64,000 bases of DNA from an uncultured Candidatus Saccharibacteria bacterium. GTDB taxonomy: Bacteria; Patescibacteriota; Minisyncoccia; Phycocordibacterales; UBA5272. The notes under the pieces were generated by a model. The model saw nothing but the letters and a program-made list of their open reading frames with translations, was not told the origin of the DNA and made no database searches. The DNA is taken from assembly GCA_964635125.1 (NCBI GenBank), contig CAZWMQ010000001.1, forward strand, positions 84,386 through 148,385, given 5' to 3'. Of the stretch, positions 11,872 through 22,350 are shown one piece after another. Positions within the stretch are counted from its first letter, which is position 1; each line of letters begins with the position of its first letter. A program made the position numbers and the translations under genes.

Positions 11872-12783
11872 ATGAAAATTAATTTTAATAAATTTACCAA
11901 GCTAAAGAAAATAAGTTCAACTTTTATTTTAATTTTAATTTTTGTAAGTTTTATTTATAATTTGAATATAGGGAAAGTCTATGCAGTTAATCAAGAAAAG
12001 TTAGACCAGTCTTTTCAAAGTATTAATAGTTTAAGCGATAGTCGGACTGGACTTTTAACTTGTGATCCTAATGCCGCTCAAGATAGTTCAAGTTCTTGTA
12101 CTCCTAAATCAGCAATTTTACTAGGAGTTAAATTAGCTCAAGTTTTAATTTATATAATTATCATAGCTTTAATTCTGTTTCTAATAATTGGAGGTATTGG
12201 TTATGTTTACAACGGTAAGAATCCTGGCTATTTAAATAAATGGAAAAAACATATTAAAAACGCTGTCTATGCTTTATTAATTATTGTTTTTGGTATGGTT
12301 TTAGTTTTTGGATTATTAAGTGCTTTTAGATTTAAGTCGGATGTTTTAAATTTTATTAAAAATTTATTCGCTAATTTAAATTTTCAGATTATTCAGCATA
12401 GTTATGCCCAATCTTTATCATCTTTAGCCGAGAAGAGTACGAACGGAGAATATACTAATTTTTTCCCGGGACAGACTATTACTAGTATAATTTTAACTTC
12501 TATTAAATTTTTTATAAACTATATTGCCGCCCCAGCTTTAATTTTTGCAACGATTTGGTCTGGAGTCAGATTTGTTGCTGCTCAAGGTAACACCGATAAA
12601 TTAGTCAAAGCTAAGAAATTTGCTTTTAGAGTGGTAATTGGAATAATTGTAGCCGCGGCAGCTTATTCCGCATCTTCAATTTTTCTAAATACCATAAACG
12701 GAGTAGCTAAAGAATCTAGTTCGGTTAAGATAATAAATAAAAGCATTGGAAATTTAAATATAAACAACTTTAGATTCTTCTAA
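11872..12783 (+). CDS. Membrane protein with two TrbC/VirB2-like pilin modules
   Basis: Two TM-hairpin modules (IGGIGYV..W; WSGVRFVAAQGNTDKLVKAKK). Confidence 0.7.
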   Translation: MKINFNKFTKLKKISSTFILILIFVSFIYNLNIGKVYAVNQEKLDQSFQSINSLSDSRTGLLTCDPNAAQDSSSSCTPKSAILLGVKLAQVLIYIIIIALILFLIIGGIGYVYNGKNPGYLNKWKKHIKNAVYALLIIVFGMVLVFGLLSAFRFKSDVLNFIKNLFANLNFQIIQHSYAQSLSSLAEKSTNGEYTNFFPGQTITSIILTSIKFFINYIAAPALIFATIWSGVRFVAAQGNTDKLVKAKKFAFRVVIGIIVAAAAYSASSIFLNTINGVAKESSSVKIINKSIGNLNINNFRFF

Positions 12784-12832
12784 TAATCTTAAAATTAGAT
12801 ATTTTTCTTATGTTATAATTTTAGATAAAGAT

Positions 12833-13591
12833 ATGTCAAATTATAATAAATTTTTTCAAAAGTCAATTAAGTTTATTTTTGTATTTTTTTCAATTTATAT
12901 TTCTAATGTAATAATTTCTAAAGCTCAAGCTACTTTACCAGATTTTCAGGATATTGGAGGGTTGATTAAAAATTTTAATAGCAATATCTTACAGAATTTA
13001 GTCATATTATTGAGTGGAGTGGCAGTGGTTCTATTTTTATATGGATTAGTTAGATTTATTTTTCATCGTTCACAGGGAGGGGAATCTAGTAAATTAAAAG
13101 ATGATAAGAAGAATATGTTATGAGGTTTAGGAGCATTGTTTGTTTTAGTTACTTTATGGGGAATAATTGCTTTGGCTCAAGATATTTTAGGGGTAGATAA
13201 GAATAATAATATTCATATTCCAAAGATATGTGTTAGTGATAACTGTGATACGGTCTCATCTAATCCTGGTGGTGGCGGAGTGGTTAGCTCCATAGCTACT
13301 TGTCCAACTGGAACTATTGTAGCAACAGACGGATCTTGTCTTCCAAAAGTCCCAAGAGATACAAGTTGTGCGGACGGTTATATTAGAGACAGCAATACTA
13401 ATGAATGTGTAAAAGATACGAATTCTCCCGATACCCCCGATACTTCCAATATTAACAGTAAGAAATCTCCGGGAGCGATATGTACAGTTTTATCTGGCGG
13501 GAATAGTAATACTGAGTGTACAGAAGGATATTACTGTAAAAGTTCCACCCAGGTCACGGGTTCAATTGGTAAATGCACCAAACTCCCTTAA
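12833..13591 (+). CDS. TrbC/VirB2-like pilin with Cys-rich tail (252 aa; TGA=Trp at 13121)
   Basis: FLYGLVRFI..KNML*GLGALFVLVTLWGII, then Cys-rich C-terminus. Confidence 0.8.
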
Positions 13592-13608
13592 TTTAATATT
13601 AAATATTT

Positions 13609-14523
13609 ATGAAAATAAAATTATTAAAATCTTTAAATGTTTTTAAAATATCATTTTTACTTTTTATCTTAAGTCTTTGTTTAAAGATAGGGAGAGCTTT
13701 AGCTCAAGATAATGCCGCTCAATCTACAAATAATTTTAAAGAAACTGCTAACAATATAGTTAATAATGTTTTAACTTCTGCTGGGACTTTATTGATGACG
13801 GCAGCTTTTATTTTATTTTTTTATGGAGTTGTAATGTTTATATATGGTAGAGTAACTAATAAAGGAGATTTAAAAGAATTAGAAAAAGGAAAGCAGTTCA
13901 TGTTATGGGGATTAATTGCTTTATTTGTCATGGTCTCAGCTTGAGGGATAATTAAGCTTGCCCAAGACATCTTTGATATTAAAGGGAATAATATCACTAT
14001 TCAACCAGTACAGTTTGCTCCGCTGGCATCGACCCCAAAACCTCCTGGTGGAGGGGATACTGACAGCATTGTACCTTTACAAGGGCTTGGAGGGTCTTGT
14101 AATACTAATTCAGAATGTCAAAATGGATTACAATGTAGCAATAAAACTTGTGTAAAAAAGTCTGTAAATAATCCTTTACAGAGCGGATCAGATGGTGTAA
14201 TACGAGAAAATCCATTTGCTAATACTGATATTTTTCCATTAATAAAGCCAGGATATAATAATGAAATCTTTTTAGCAAAATTAGTTACTGGTTTAAAAAA
14301 TAAAAAATGTACTCAAGCAACTTACAATAATGAAGTATATATTTTAAACAGTTCCTTTGGTTCTGTTTACGAAGGAGCAGATTTAGAATTTGTTAAACTT
14401 TTTCAAAAAGTAAATGGATTAAGTGCAGATGGGATAGTGGGTAAAGACACTTGGGAGGCTTTATCTGTAACAACAGGAATGAAGACAACTTTTACTGGAA
14501 TTATAGTTAAAGATTGTAAATAG
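13609..14523 (+). CDS. TrbC/VirB2-like pilin + Cys-rich module + peptidoglycan-binding domain (304 aa; TGA=Trp at 13942)
   Basis: GKQFMLWGLIALFVMVSA*GII; C-terminal VKLFQKVNGLSADGIVGKDTWEAL; frame read to TAG at 14521. Confidence 0.8.
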
Positions 14524-14694
14524 AGCTTATTTCTAAAGGGTTATTTAGGAGAATAACCTTAAATTCAACGAATTAATGCATAAACTTGACATTTATTTTA
14601 CTTTAGTGTATATTATTAGCAGTACTACTGTTCTTTGTATTGAGGTGAATACCTAGTCATAGAGCAGATTTTTTTAATATATTAAAAATTTTTT

Positions 14695-14967
14695 ATGGCT
14701 GAAGAAAAAAAGAAAAAAAGCTCCGGAGCCATTTGGTGGCTCGTTGGAGCAATATTTTTAGGTCCAATGGCTATTAATTTAGCTATGGATGGACTAAATA
14801 ACATAGTCCACACCCTTTCATCCGGAATGGCTTCTTCAAGCCAGGGGATGAAAGAGCTATTAAAAAGCATTATTAGGTTCTTCCTAATGTTGTTTTTGAT
14901 AGCCGGAGTGCTTAAGATTTTCATTTCAGGAATGAAGGAGATGTTTAAGAAAAAAACTTCTCCTTGA
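14695..14967 (+). CDS. Small two-TM hypothetical protein (ends 15009 if TGA is read as Trp)
   Basis: ORF with two hydrophobic segments and an upstream TTGACA/-10 promoter. Confidence 0.55.
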   Translation: MAEEKKKKSSGAIWWLVGAIFLGPMAINLAMDGLNNIVHTLSSGMASSSQGMKELLKSIIRFFLMLFLIAGVLKIFISGMKEMFKKKTSP

Positions 14968-14978
14968 AAGATATTCAC

Positions 14979-15090
14979 AAGCCGTCAATTTTGACCGCTT
15001 ATATCTTAAATCTATCGTTATGTTGTAATTTTGCGACACTGACGATATCGATTTTCGATATAAGATGTGTCTGAAATGACGGCTTTTTAT
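14979..15090 (+). terminator. Long (~110 nt) imperfect hairpin with T tail
   Basis: AAGCCGTCA/TGACGGCTT, CTTATATC/GATATAAG, TATCGTTA/TGACGATA, TGTTGTAA/TTGCGACA nested pairings. Confidence 0.6.
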
Positions 15091-15210
15091 TTTGAATATT
15101 TTTTATTTCATATTGAATTTTTAAGTTTTTACTCTTGACTTTTTATTAGATAACTAGTAGATTATAAATAGTTAATAATTTTTAATCTTTAATTTTTAAA
15201 AATTTTTGAG

Positions 15211-15399
15211 ATGGGAAAATTAATAATGTTTTGTCTTTTATTAATCGCTTCTTTTAATTCCAGCCATCTTTCTCCCAAAGCTAATAATTTGATAGGAGTA
15301 TTATGGATATTTTTAATTGGTTGGGTCTTATTTATACATAAAGACCCTCCAGTAAAGAAAAAGAAGCGAAGAATCTATTTTGAAGATGACGAAGATTAG
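15211..15399 (+). CDS. Small membrane protein
   Basis: 62-aa ORF, two hydrophobic segments, upstream TTGACT promoter. Confidence 0.5.
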   Translation: MGKLIMFCLLLIASFNSSHLSPKANNLIGVLWIFLIGWVLFIHKDPPVKKKKRRIYFEDDED

Positions 15400-15633
15400 G
15401 ACTTTTAAATTATTATAAATATTAGTCTTAATCATATTTAAGGCTATAATTTACTTTTAAGTAAGATAAAATTTAGCCTTTTTATTTTTGTGTATTTTTA
15501 TCTATTCCGGCTAATTTTTTGATATTTTAAAGTTGTGAATAATTAATTTGCCTTATTTTTTTAGATGATATAATTAATTTATAGGTTATTTAGTCAGATA
15601 ATCTTTAAATTATTAACTTATATATAAAATTTT

Positions 15634-16200
15634 ATGAATAAAATTACTAGTATTTTAGGAGGGATTGCTTTAGCTTTTGTTTTTTCAATCTCAGTTACTT
15701 CTACTTCTGCTCAGCAGATTTGTGTAAGTGTTGGAGGGCAACCGGGAACAATTCAAGGTGGTATTTGTATACCAACTGGAGGAGGTGGCCAAAATGGCTA
15801 TATAAATTGTCCAAATGGAACTAGAGTCCCACAAGGTTATCCTTGTCCAAACACTAATACTGTTGGAGGACCAGCTTATACTCAAGGCCAATATCAAAAT
15901 CAAAATCATGCCGCAGATTTGTCTTTCTTTGGTAATTTAATTGCTGGAGTAGGTGGAATTGTTAGAATGTTGCCCCCAATATTATTGGGTATTGCAGTAG
16001 TAATATTCTTCTACTTCTTAATTAAATATTTGATTGCGGGGAAAAATGATCCAAAAGATAGAGCAGGAGCTTTAAAGGGATTATTATATTCACTGCTAGC
16101 TATATTTATTATGGTAGCTTTATGGGGAATAATTGCTTTCTTTGGTGATGCCTTAGGCATTAATCCAAATACTCAAGTTAATGCTATAAGATTACCATAG
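15634..16200 (+). CDS. TrbC/VirB2-like pilin with Gly/Pro/Cys-rich N-terminal extension
   Basis: Signal peptide; LLYSLLAIFIMVALWGII. Confidence 0.75.
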   Translation: MNKITSILGGIALAFVFSISVTSTSAQQICVSVGGQPGTIQGGICIPTGGGGQNGYINCPNGTRVPQGYPCPNTNTVGGPAYTQGQYQNQNHAADLSFFGNLIAGVGGIVRMLPPILLGIAVVIFFYFLIKYLIAGKNDPKDRAGALKGLLYSLLAIFIMVALWGIIAFFGDALGINPNTQVNAIRLP

Positions 16201-16292
16201 TAAAGTTTATAAAGATTATCTAACTATAAAAATAAAATCACTTTAAAAGATAAAGTGATTTTATTTTTATCTTATGTTACAATAATATTAAT

Positions 16293-16541
16293 ATGGAAGG
16301 AGTTAATAAGGTAGCTAATTCAGTAATAGATCAATTTATAAATCCCGCAGTTTATTTATTATCAGCCTTTGCTTTCGTGTGGTTTTTATATGGAGTAGCT
16401 TTATTTATTTATCATAAAAAAAATGGGAATACAGAGGGAGTAAGTACGGGGAAAAGACATATGATATGAGGCATGGTTGGATTAATTATAATTTATTCAG
16501 CCTCAGCTATTTATACATTTATTACTGGATTTTTTAATTAA
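16293..16541 (+). CDS. Minimal TrbC/VirB2-like pilin (82 aa; TGA=Trp at 16467)
   Basis: FINPAVYLL..FLYGVALFI..GKRHMI*GMVGL; absent from ORF track. Confidence 0.8.
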
Positions 16542-16559
16542 ATAATTTGGAATATAGTT

Positions 16560-17999
16560 ATGAGTAAAGAAAAAAAGGAAAATGATTTAATGATTGAAAT
16601 GGTGGCATTTCTAAAAAGCCGAGGATTTATTTATCCATCGAGTGAGATTTATGGAGGACTAGCTGGAGTATATGATTATGGTCATTATGGATATTTATTA
16701 TTAAGAAATATTAAAGAAGCTTGGATGAGAAGTATGATACAAGTTCGTGATGATGTTTATGCACTGGACTCAGCGATATTTATGCATCCAACCACTTGGA
16801 AGGCCTCTGGTCATGTGGATACTTTCAATGATCCAATGGTGGATTGTAGTAATTGTCAGAATAGATTTAGAGCCGATCATATTTTAGAGAGATTTGGAAT
16901 CAAGGCTGATAAAGAAAGTCTCGAGTTTATTAATCAAGAATTAGATAAATTAAGAGAAGAAAAGAAACTCATCTGCGAAGTTTGTGGAAAGGCAACTTTA
17001 ACTAAGGCGAAAGTATTTTCTCTTATGGTGAAAAGTAATCTTGGATCTCCAACCGAAGTATTGTCTGAAGAGAATGTAGTTTATCTAAGACCAGAGACTT
17101 GCGGAGGAATTTATTTAGAGTATAAGAATGTTTTAGACTCACTTCATCCAAAGTTGCCGTTTGGTATTGCTCAGATTGGGAAAGCTTTTCGAAATGAGAT
17201 TGTCACTAAGCAATTTGTTTTTAGAACTCGCGAGTTTGAACAGATGGAAATGCAGTATTTTTTCAATCCTAAAGATTTAGACGGGGTTGCCACCGAAAAA
17301 TATTTTAATAGTTGGAAAGAATATCGTTATAATTTCTATTTAGATTATGGGATTAAGAAAGAGAGTTTAAACTTTTATAAACATGAGAAATTAGCTCATT
17401 ATGCAAAAGATGCATATGATATAGAGTATAAATATAAAATGTTAGGGGATAATTTTAAAGAGTTAGAAGGAATACATGCGAGAGGTGATTGGGATTTATC
17501 TCAACATTCAAAATTCTCCGGGAAGGATTTAAGTTATTTCGATGAAGTAAGTAAAGAGAGATTTATTCCACATATTATTGAAACTTCGGTAGGAGTAGCC
17601 AGAATGATGCTAGCTTTTATCGACCAAGCTTATATTAAAGAAAGTGTTCAAAATAATAAAGGAGAGAGTGAAGAGAGAATTGTGCTTAAATTAGATAAAA
17701 GACTTTCCCCAGTTAAAGTAGCCATTTTACCATTAATGAAAAAGGAAGAATTGGTAAATGGGGCACAAAATATATGGAGAGAATTTAATCAGAAATATTT
17801 CTGTGAGTTCGATATCTCTGGCTCAATTGGGAAAAGATATCGAAGACAAGATGAGATTGGAACTCCATATTGCATAACTTATGATTATGAGAGTTTGAAT
17901 GATGAAGCGGTGACAGTTAGAGATCGAGATAATATGGAGCAGGAGAGAGTAAAGATTTCAGAATTAAAAAGTTATTTAGAAAATAAATTAGGATTTTAA
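16560..17999 (+). CDS. glyQS: Glycine--tRNA ligase, alpha2 type
   Basis: SEIYGG, YLRPET, AQIGKAFRNE, FRTREFEQME, SIGKRYRRQDEIGTP. Confidence 0.96.
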   Translation: MSKEKKENDLMIEMVAFLKSRGFIYPSSEIYGGLAGVYDYGHYGYLLLRNIKEAWMRSMIQVRDDVYALDSAIFMHPTTWKASGHVDTFNDPMVDCSNCQNRFRADHILERFGIKADKESLEFINQELDKLREEKKLICEVCGKATLTKAKVFSLMVKSNLGSPTEVLSEENVVYLRPETCGGIYLEYKNVLDSLHPKLPFGIAQIGKAFRNEIVTKQFVFRTREFEQMEMQYFFNPKDLDGVATEKYFNSWKEYRYNFYLDYGIKKESLNFYKHEKLAHYAKDAYDIEYKYKMLGDNFKELEGIHARGDWDLSQHSKFSGKDLSYFDEVSKERFIPHIIETSVGVARMMLAFIDQAYIKESVQNNKGESEERIVLKLDKRLSPVKVAILPLMKKEELVNGAQNIWREFNQKYFCEFDISGSIGKRYRRQDEIGTPYCITYDYESLNDEAVTVRDRDNMEQERVKISELKSYLENKLGF

Positions 18000-18073
18000 A
18001 TTATTATAAAATATTTATTTATTTGCAAAAAAGTGAAAAATATAGTATATTTCAGAAATCATCAAATATTTAT

Positions 18074-18229
18074 ATGGCTCAGAAACAACTTATAAAATTA
18101 GTAAATAAAACTACCGGGACTACTTATACTACTCGTAAAAATAAGAAATTAGTTACCCGTAAAATTGAGTTAAAAAAATACGATAAAAAACTTCGTAAGA
18201 GAGTGGTTTTTAAGGAAGCTAAAAAATAA
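18074..18229 (+). CDS. rpmG: 50S ribosomal protein L33 (Cys-free form)
   Basis: YTTRKNKK..KIELKKYDKKLRKRVVFKE; start moved to ATG 18074. Confidence 0.93.
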   Translation: MAQKQLIKLVNKTTGTTYTTRKNKKLVTRKIELKKYDKKLRKRVVFKEAKK

Positions 18230-18270
18230 TTGTCGTTTTTAAATAAGAGATTGAAATTAAATATAAAATT

Positions 18271-18903
18271 ATGTTAAGTCTTAAATATACTAAGAGAAAT
18301 AAAGGGGAAAATAAAGAAGGAATGCTAAAGGCAGTTTATTATAGTCCAAAAGAAAAACCAGAGTCAATTTTTATTGATAGTATTGAATTTGAAAAAGTTT
18401 ATAGAGAGTCTGGTAAAAGTTCAATAATTAATTTAGACGGAGAGAGGAAATTGCAAGCTTTAGTTCAAGATATTTCTTATGATCCAGTCAAATATGAGCC
18501 AATTCATGTAGATTTCTATATTGTGGAGAAAGGAGCTAAGATTGATACCGAAGTACCATTAGAATTTATTGGAGTTTCGGAAGCTGTAAAAACTTTAGGG
18601 GGGAATTTAGTAAAAGTGTTACACGAATTACATATTGAGGCTGAAGCTGATAAATTACCACATAAGATTGAAGTAGACATTTCAAGTTTAATAGGTCTTG
18701 ATTCAGTAATTAAAGTTAAGGATTTAGTTTTACCAACCGGAGTAACTTTATATCATATCGATCCCGAAGAGATTGTAGCTTCAATCGCAATTCATCAAGA
18801 AGAAGATTTATCAGCTCCGACAGCTTCCGTTGATATGGAGAGTGTAGAAGTAGCTGAAAAAGGTAAGAAAGAAGAAGATACTGAAGTCAAAACCGAAGCT
18901 TAG
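18271..18903 (+). CDS. rplY: 50S ribosomal protein L25/CTC
   Basis: AVYY, PIHVDFY, LPHKIEVDIS. Confidence 0.92.
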   Translation: MLSLKYTKRNKGENKEGMLKAVYYSPKEKPESIFIDSIEFEKVYRESGKSSIINLDGERKLQALVQDISYDPVKYEPIHVDFYIVEKGAKIDTEVPLEFIGVSEAVKTLGGNLVKVLHELHIEAEADKLPHKIEVDISSLIGLDSVIKVKDLVLPTGVTLYHIDPEEIVASIAIHQEEDLSAPTASVDMESVEVAEKGKKEEDTEVKTEA

Positions 18904-18972
18904 TCCGAGTGGGAGATTTTAATGTTAAGAAATATTTAGGTGAATTAGTATTAATGATATAATATTTTTATT

Positions 18973-20343
18973 ATGGTTTTTAAATATAATTTTAGACAAT
19001 TTTGTCTAATTATAGGCGTAATTACTTTAATTAGTGGAGTAGTTTTTTTTTCTAATTTAAATAGTCATAAGATATATGCCGAAACTCCTCAATGCAATAC
19101 TCCTGAAGAAAAAATACAATGTAATAAAGATTTAGATGATTTGAATCAGCAGATTCAGCAATTAGGTCAATATATTTCTCAGAATAAAGATCAGCAAGCT
19201 TCTTTGTCCAGGGATATAAATATTTTAAAGGCAGAGATTAGTAAGAAGACTTTAGAAATTCAAAAGGCTAATAATAATATATATTCGCTATCCAATAAAA
19301 TAACTGAAAAAAATATAGAATTAAATGATTTAGCTGATACTTTAGATAAACAAAAATTAGCTTTAGCTTTAGCTCTGAGGAATTTATATGTATTTGACGG
19401 AGCTAATAATTTTGTAAATATGCTTTTAGATAATAAAAGTCTATCACAATTTTTTGAAGATTCTGATAATATGATTGCCTTACAAGGAGCAATTAATCAA
19501 GATGTAGATAGTATAAAGACTACTAGCAATCAAGTTAATCAAGTTAAAAATGATCTGGAAGATAGTAAAGATACACAAGTCGCCTTAAGAGAACAGCAAC
19601 AAGCTGATAAGAAGAAAATCGACTCCTCAAAGCAGGCTAAAAATGATTTATTGACTGAAACTAAAGGTCAAGAAGCAGTTTATAATGAACAATTAAAAGA
19701 TAAACAAGCTAAAGCCGCTCAAATTAGAGCTGCCTTATTTTCTTTTGCTGGAGGAGAAACAAAAGCTATACCATTTGGAGATGCTTTAACTTATGCTGAG
19801 ACTGCTGAAGCTAAAACTGGAGTTCCAGCAGCTTTTGTTCTTTCTATATTACAACAAGAATCAGCACTCGGAGCTAATGTCGGTAAATGTTATTTAAGTG
19901 ATACAGAAAGCGGAGCTGGTTATAATATTAATACTAAACAACAATTTCCAAATGTGATGAAGGCCAGTAGAGATTTGCCAGGATTTTTAAATATTACCAA
20001 TCGTTTAAGTATTAACCCATTAGCAACGGTAGTATCTTGCCCAATTCCATCGGCAGGTGGTTATGGTGGTGCAATGGGTCCAGCTCAATTTATACCATCA
20101 ACTTGATTATCAATTGAAGACGGGGCTGGAGTATTTAATCCTTGGAATGCAAAAGATGCAATTATAGCTTCATCATATTATTTATCAACTTTAGGAGCAG
20201 GAGAAACTTATACTTCTCAAATTAAAGCCGCTTGTCGATATTATGGAACAGGCGGAGGTACATGTTCATATGGTAGATCGGTTATGTCTAAAGTTGATGA
20301 TACTCAGACTAAGATTGATTATATTAAGCAATATGGGCAATAA
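18973..20343 (+). CDS. Coiled-coil protein with C-terminal lytic transglycosylase domain (456 aa; TGA=Trp at 20104)
   Basis: Long coiled coil, ILQQES, GAMGPAQFIPST*, NPWNAKDAI. Confidence 0.85.
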
Positions 20344-20416
20344 GTAATAATAATTTAACCCTTGAAAAAAAGTCAGAAATCTGTTAAGATAATTAAACTT
20401 AATATATATATAAAAT

Positions 20417-21091
20417 ATGTCAGAAATTGTTAATTTATCAATCGAAGAATTAGCTAAAGCCGGAGTCGGCTATGGTTATCGTAAAGTTCTCCGAAACCAA
20501 AGCACTAAAAGATTTATTGATTCTACTCAAAATGGTATTGATATTATTGATTTAGATAAGACTAAGGAATCTTTAAAAGAAGCGGTTGAATTTCTTAAAA
20601 AAGTTAGAGAAGAAAATAAAAAGATTATTTTTATTGGAGAGAAACCAGAAATTTCTAATATTGTAAAAGAAGTAGCTTTGGCTTTAGGAGAAGCTTATAT
20701 TACTAATAGATTTATTGGTGGATCAATTACTAATTTTCCACAAATAAAGAAAAGAATTGAAAAATTACATAAAATGTTGGATGAGAAAGATAAAGGCGAG
20801 TGGAATAAGTTTACTAAGAAAGAGCAATTATTATTACAGAGAGAATTAAATAAATTAGATAAGAATTTTAGCGGTATTTCTAATTTAACTAATTTACCTG
20901 GAGCTATCGTTGTAGTTGATTCTAAATTTGAAGATATTCCAGTCAAAGAAGCCGGTATTTCTCATGTTCCGGTAGTATCATTATCAAATACTGATTGTGA
21001 TATTTCAACAATTGAATATCCAATAGTTTGTAACGACTCTTCTAAAAGTTCAGTGGAATTATTATTAAACATTATTAAGAATAATATTTAA
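20417..21091 (+). CDS. rpsB: 30S ribosomal protein S2
   Basis: IIDLDKT, RFIGGSITNF, NTDCD, upstream of tsf. Confidence 0.95.
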   Translation: MSEIVNLSIEELAKAGVGYGYRKVLRNQSTKRFIDSTQNGIDIIDLDKTKESLKEAVEFLKKVREENKKIIFIGEKPEISNIVKEVALALGEAYITNRFIGGSITNFPQIKKRIEKLHKMLDEKDKGEWNKFTKKEQLLLQRELNKLDKNFSGISNLTNLPGAIVVVDSKFEDIPVKEAGISHVPVVSLSNTDCDISTIEYPIVCNDSSKSSVELLLNIIKNNI

Positions 21092-21105
21092 GATAGAAAT
21101 AAACT

Positions 21106-21579
21106 ATGTCTACAGAGATAATCAAAGAATTAAGAGATAAAACCTCTTTACCACTTGGAGAAATTAAAAAAGCCCTCGATGCTTCCGGTGGCGATAAAGA
21201 TAAAGCTTTAGAAATATTAGCTGAAAAAGCAAAATCAGTTGCTGAGAAGAAGAGTGATCGAGAATTAGGAGCTGGAATTATTGGGGTATATATTTATGGT
21301 GGAGGAACGAGTACTGCGATGGTTGAATTAATGAGTGAGACAGACTTCGTGTCTAAAAACGAAGAGTTTAAAAAGTTAGCTAATGATATTGCTTTTCATA
21401 TCGTAGCCATGAATCCAAGCTCAATTGATAATGAAGATGGATTAGGTGAAGAAACAGCACTATTAAAGCAAGCTTACATTAAAGATCCATCTCAAACTAT
21501 TTCTCAAATGATAGAATCAGCTGTTCAAAAATTTGGTGAGAATATTAAAGTTAATAAGTTTATTAGATATTCAATCTAA
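21106..21579 (+). CDS. tsf: Elongation factor Ts (short form)
   Basis: IKELRDKT, ELMSETDFVSKN, KFGENI. Confidence 0.95.
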   Translation: MSTEIIKELRDKTSLPLGEIKKALDASGGDKDKALEILAEKAKSVAEKKSDRELGAGIIGVYIYGGGTSTAMVELMSETDFVSKNEEFKKLANDIAFHIVAMNPSSIDNEDGLGEETALLKQAYIKDPSQTISQMIESAVQKFGENIKVNKFIRYSI

Positions 21580-21609
21580 TATATAACCTCTTTAAAGAGG
21601 GTAGATATT

Positions 21610-22023
21610 ATGTCCACTTTTATTTATTTAATTATAGCAATATCATTCTTATTATTTGCTTTTTTAATAGTTAAGATTAGAATGATTTATTTAAATAATC
21701 ATCCTGATAAATATGTACCTACTTATGACGGACATGCATTATTTTTAGATAAATTTTTCTTTATAGTAAAATTTACTATTAGGAATTTAGTTTTTATTTT
21801 TATGAGAGTCTATAGAAATATTTTACATTTTTGGGTTAGAATAGTTGCTAAGTTTTCTAATTTTTCAGATAAGATTTATATGCAGAGCCGGAATAAGTTT
21901 ATGGAAGAAGTAGTGAAAGATAAGAAAGCCGTTCCACATTTCTGGAATCATTTAAAGAAATATAAGAAAGAAATCGAAGAGGAAAGAGGGGAGGAAGAGT
22001 TAAATAAAGAAGGAAATAATTAA
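21610..22023 (+). CDS. Hypothetical membrane protein
   Basis: ORF with N-terminal TM. Confidence 0.6.
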   Translation: MSTFIYLIIAISFLLFAFLIVKIRMIYLNNHPDKYVPTYDGHALFLDKFFFIVKFTIRNLVFIFMRVYRNILHFWVRIVAKFSNFSDKIYMQSRNKFMEEVVKDKKAVPHFWNHLKKYKKEIEEERGEEELNKEGNN

Positions 22024-22105
22024 TAATAATACTTTTAAAAAGTCTGTTTTTGTGTTAGAATTGTTCCTAACTAGTTACCAGAAACCAGTTGCTAGTGACT
22101 AGACC

Positions 22106-22169
22106 GCCACTTTAGTAGAGTTGGCACGAGCGAAGCGAGATTGGAAATAGACAACGGTTTACAAAACCG
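22106..22169 (+). repeat. Degenerate 5'-half copy of tRNA-Thr carrying a 25-nt insert
   Basis: GCCACTTTAG + GGCACGAGCGAAGCGAGATTGGAAA + inverted anticodon arm, starting 111 nt before the tRNA. Confidence 0.75.
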
Positions 22170-22216
22170 AATTCTTTAAAAATATAAAAAAGTTTTCACC
22201 AAGTAAAAATAAATAA

Positions 22217-22289
22217 GCCACTTTAGCTCAGTTGGTAGAGCAACGGTTTTGTAAACCGTCGGTCGTCAGTTCGAGTCTGACAAGTGGCT
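22217..22289 (+). tRNA. tRNA-Thr(TGT)
   Basis: Full cloverleaf, ACGGT-TT TGT AA-ACCGT. Confidence 0.96.
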
Positions 22290-22350
22290 CCGCAATAATA
22301 AAAACTCTATAGCTATTTATAGAGTTTTTATTTTTTAGAGAATTCTTATT

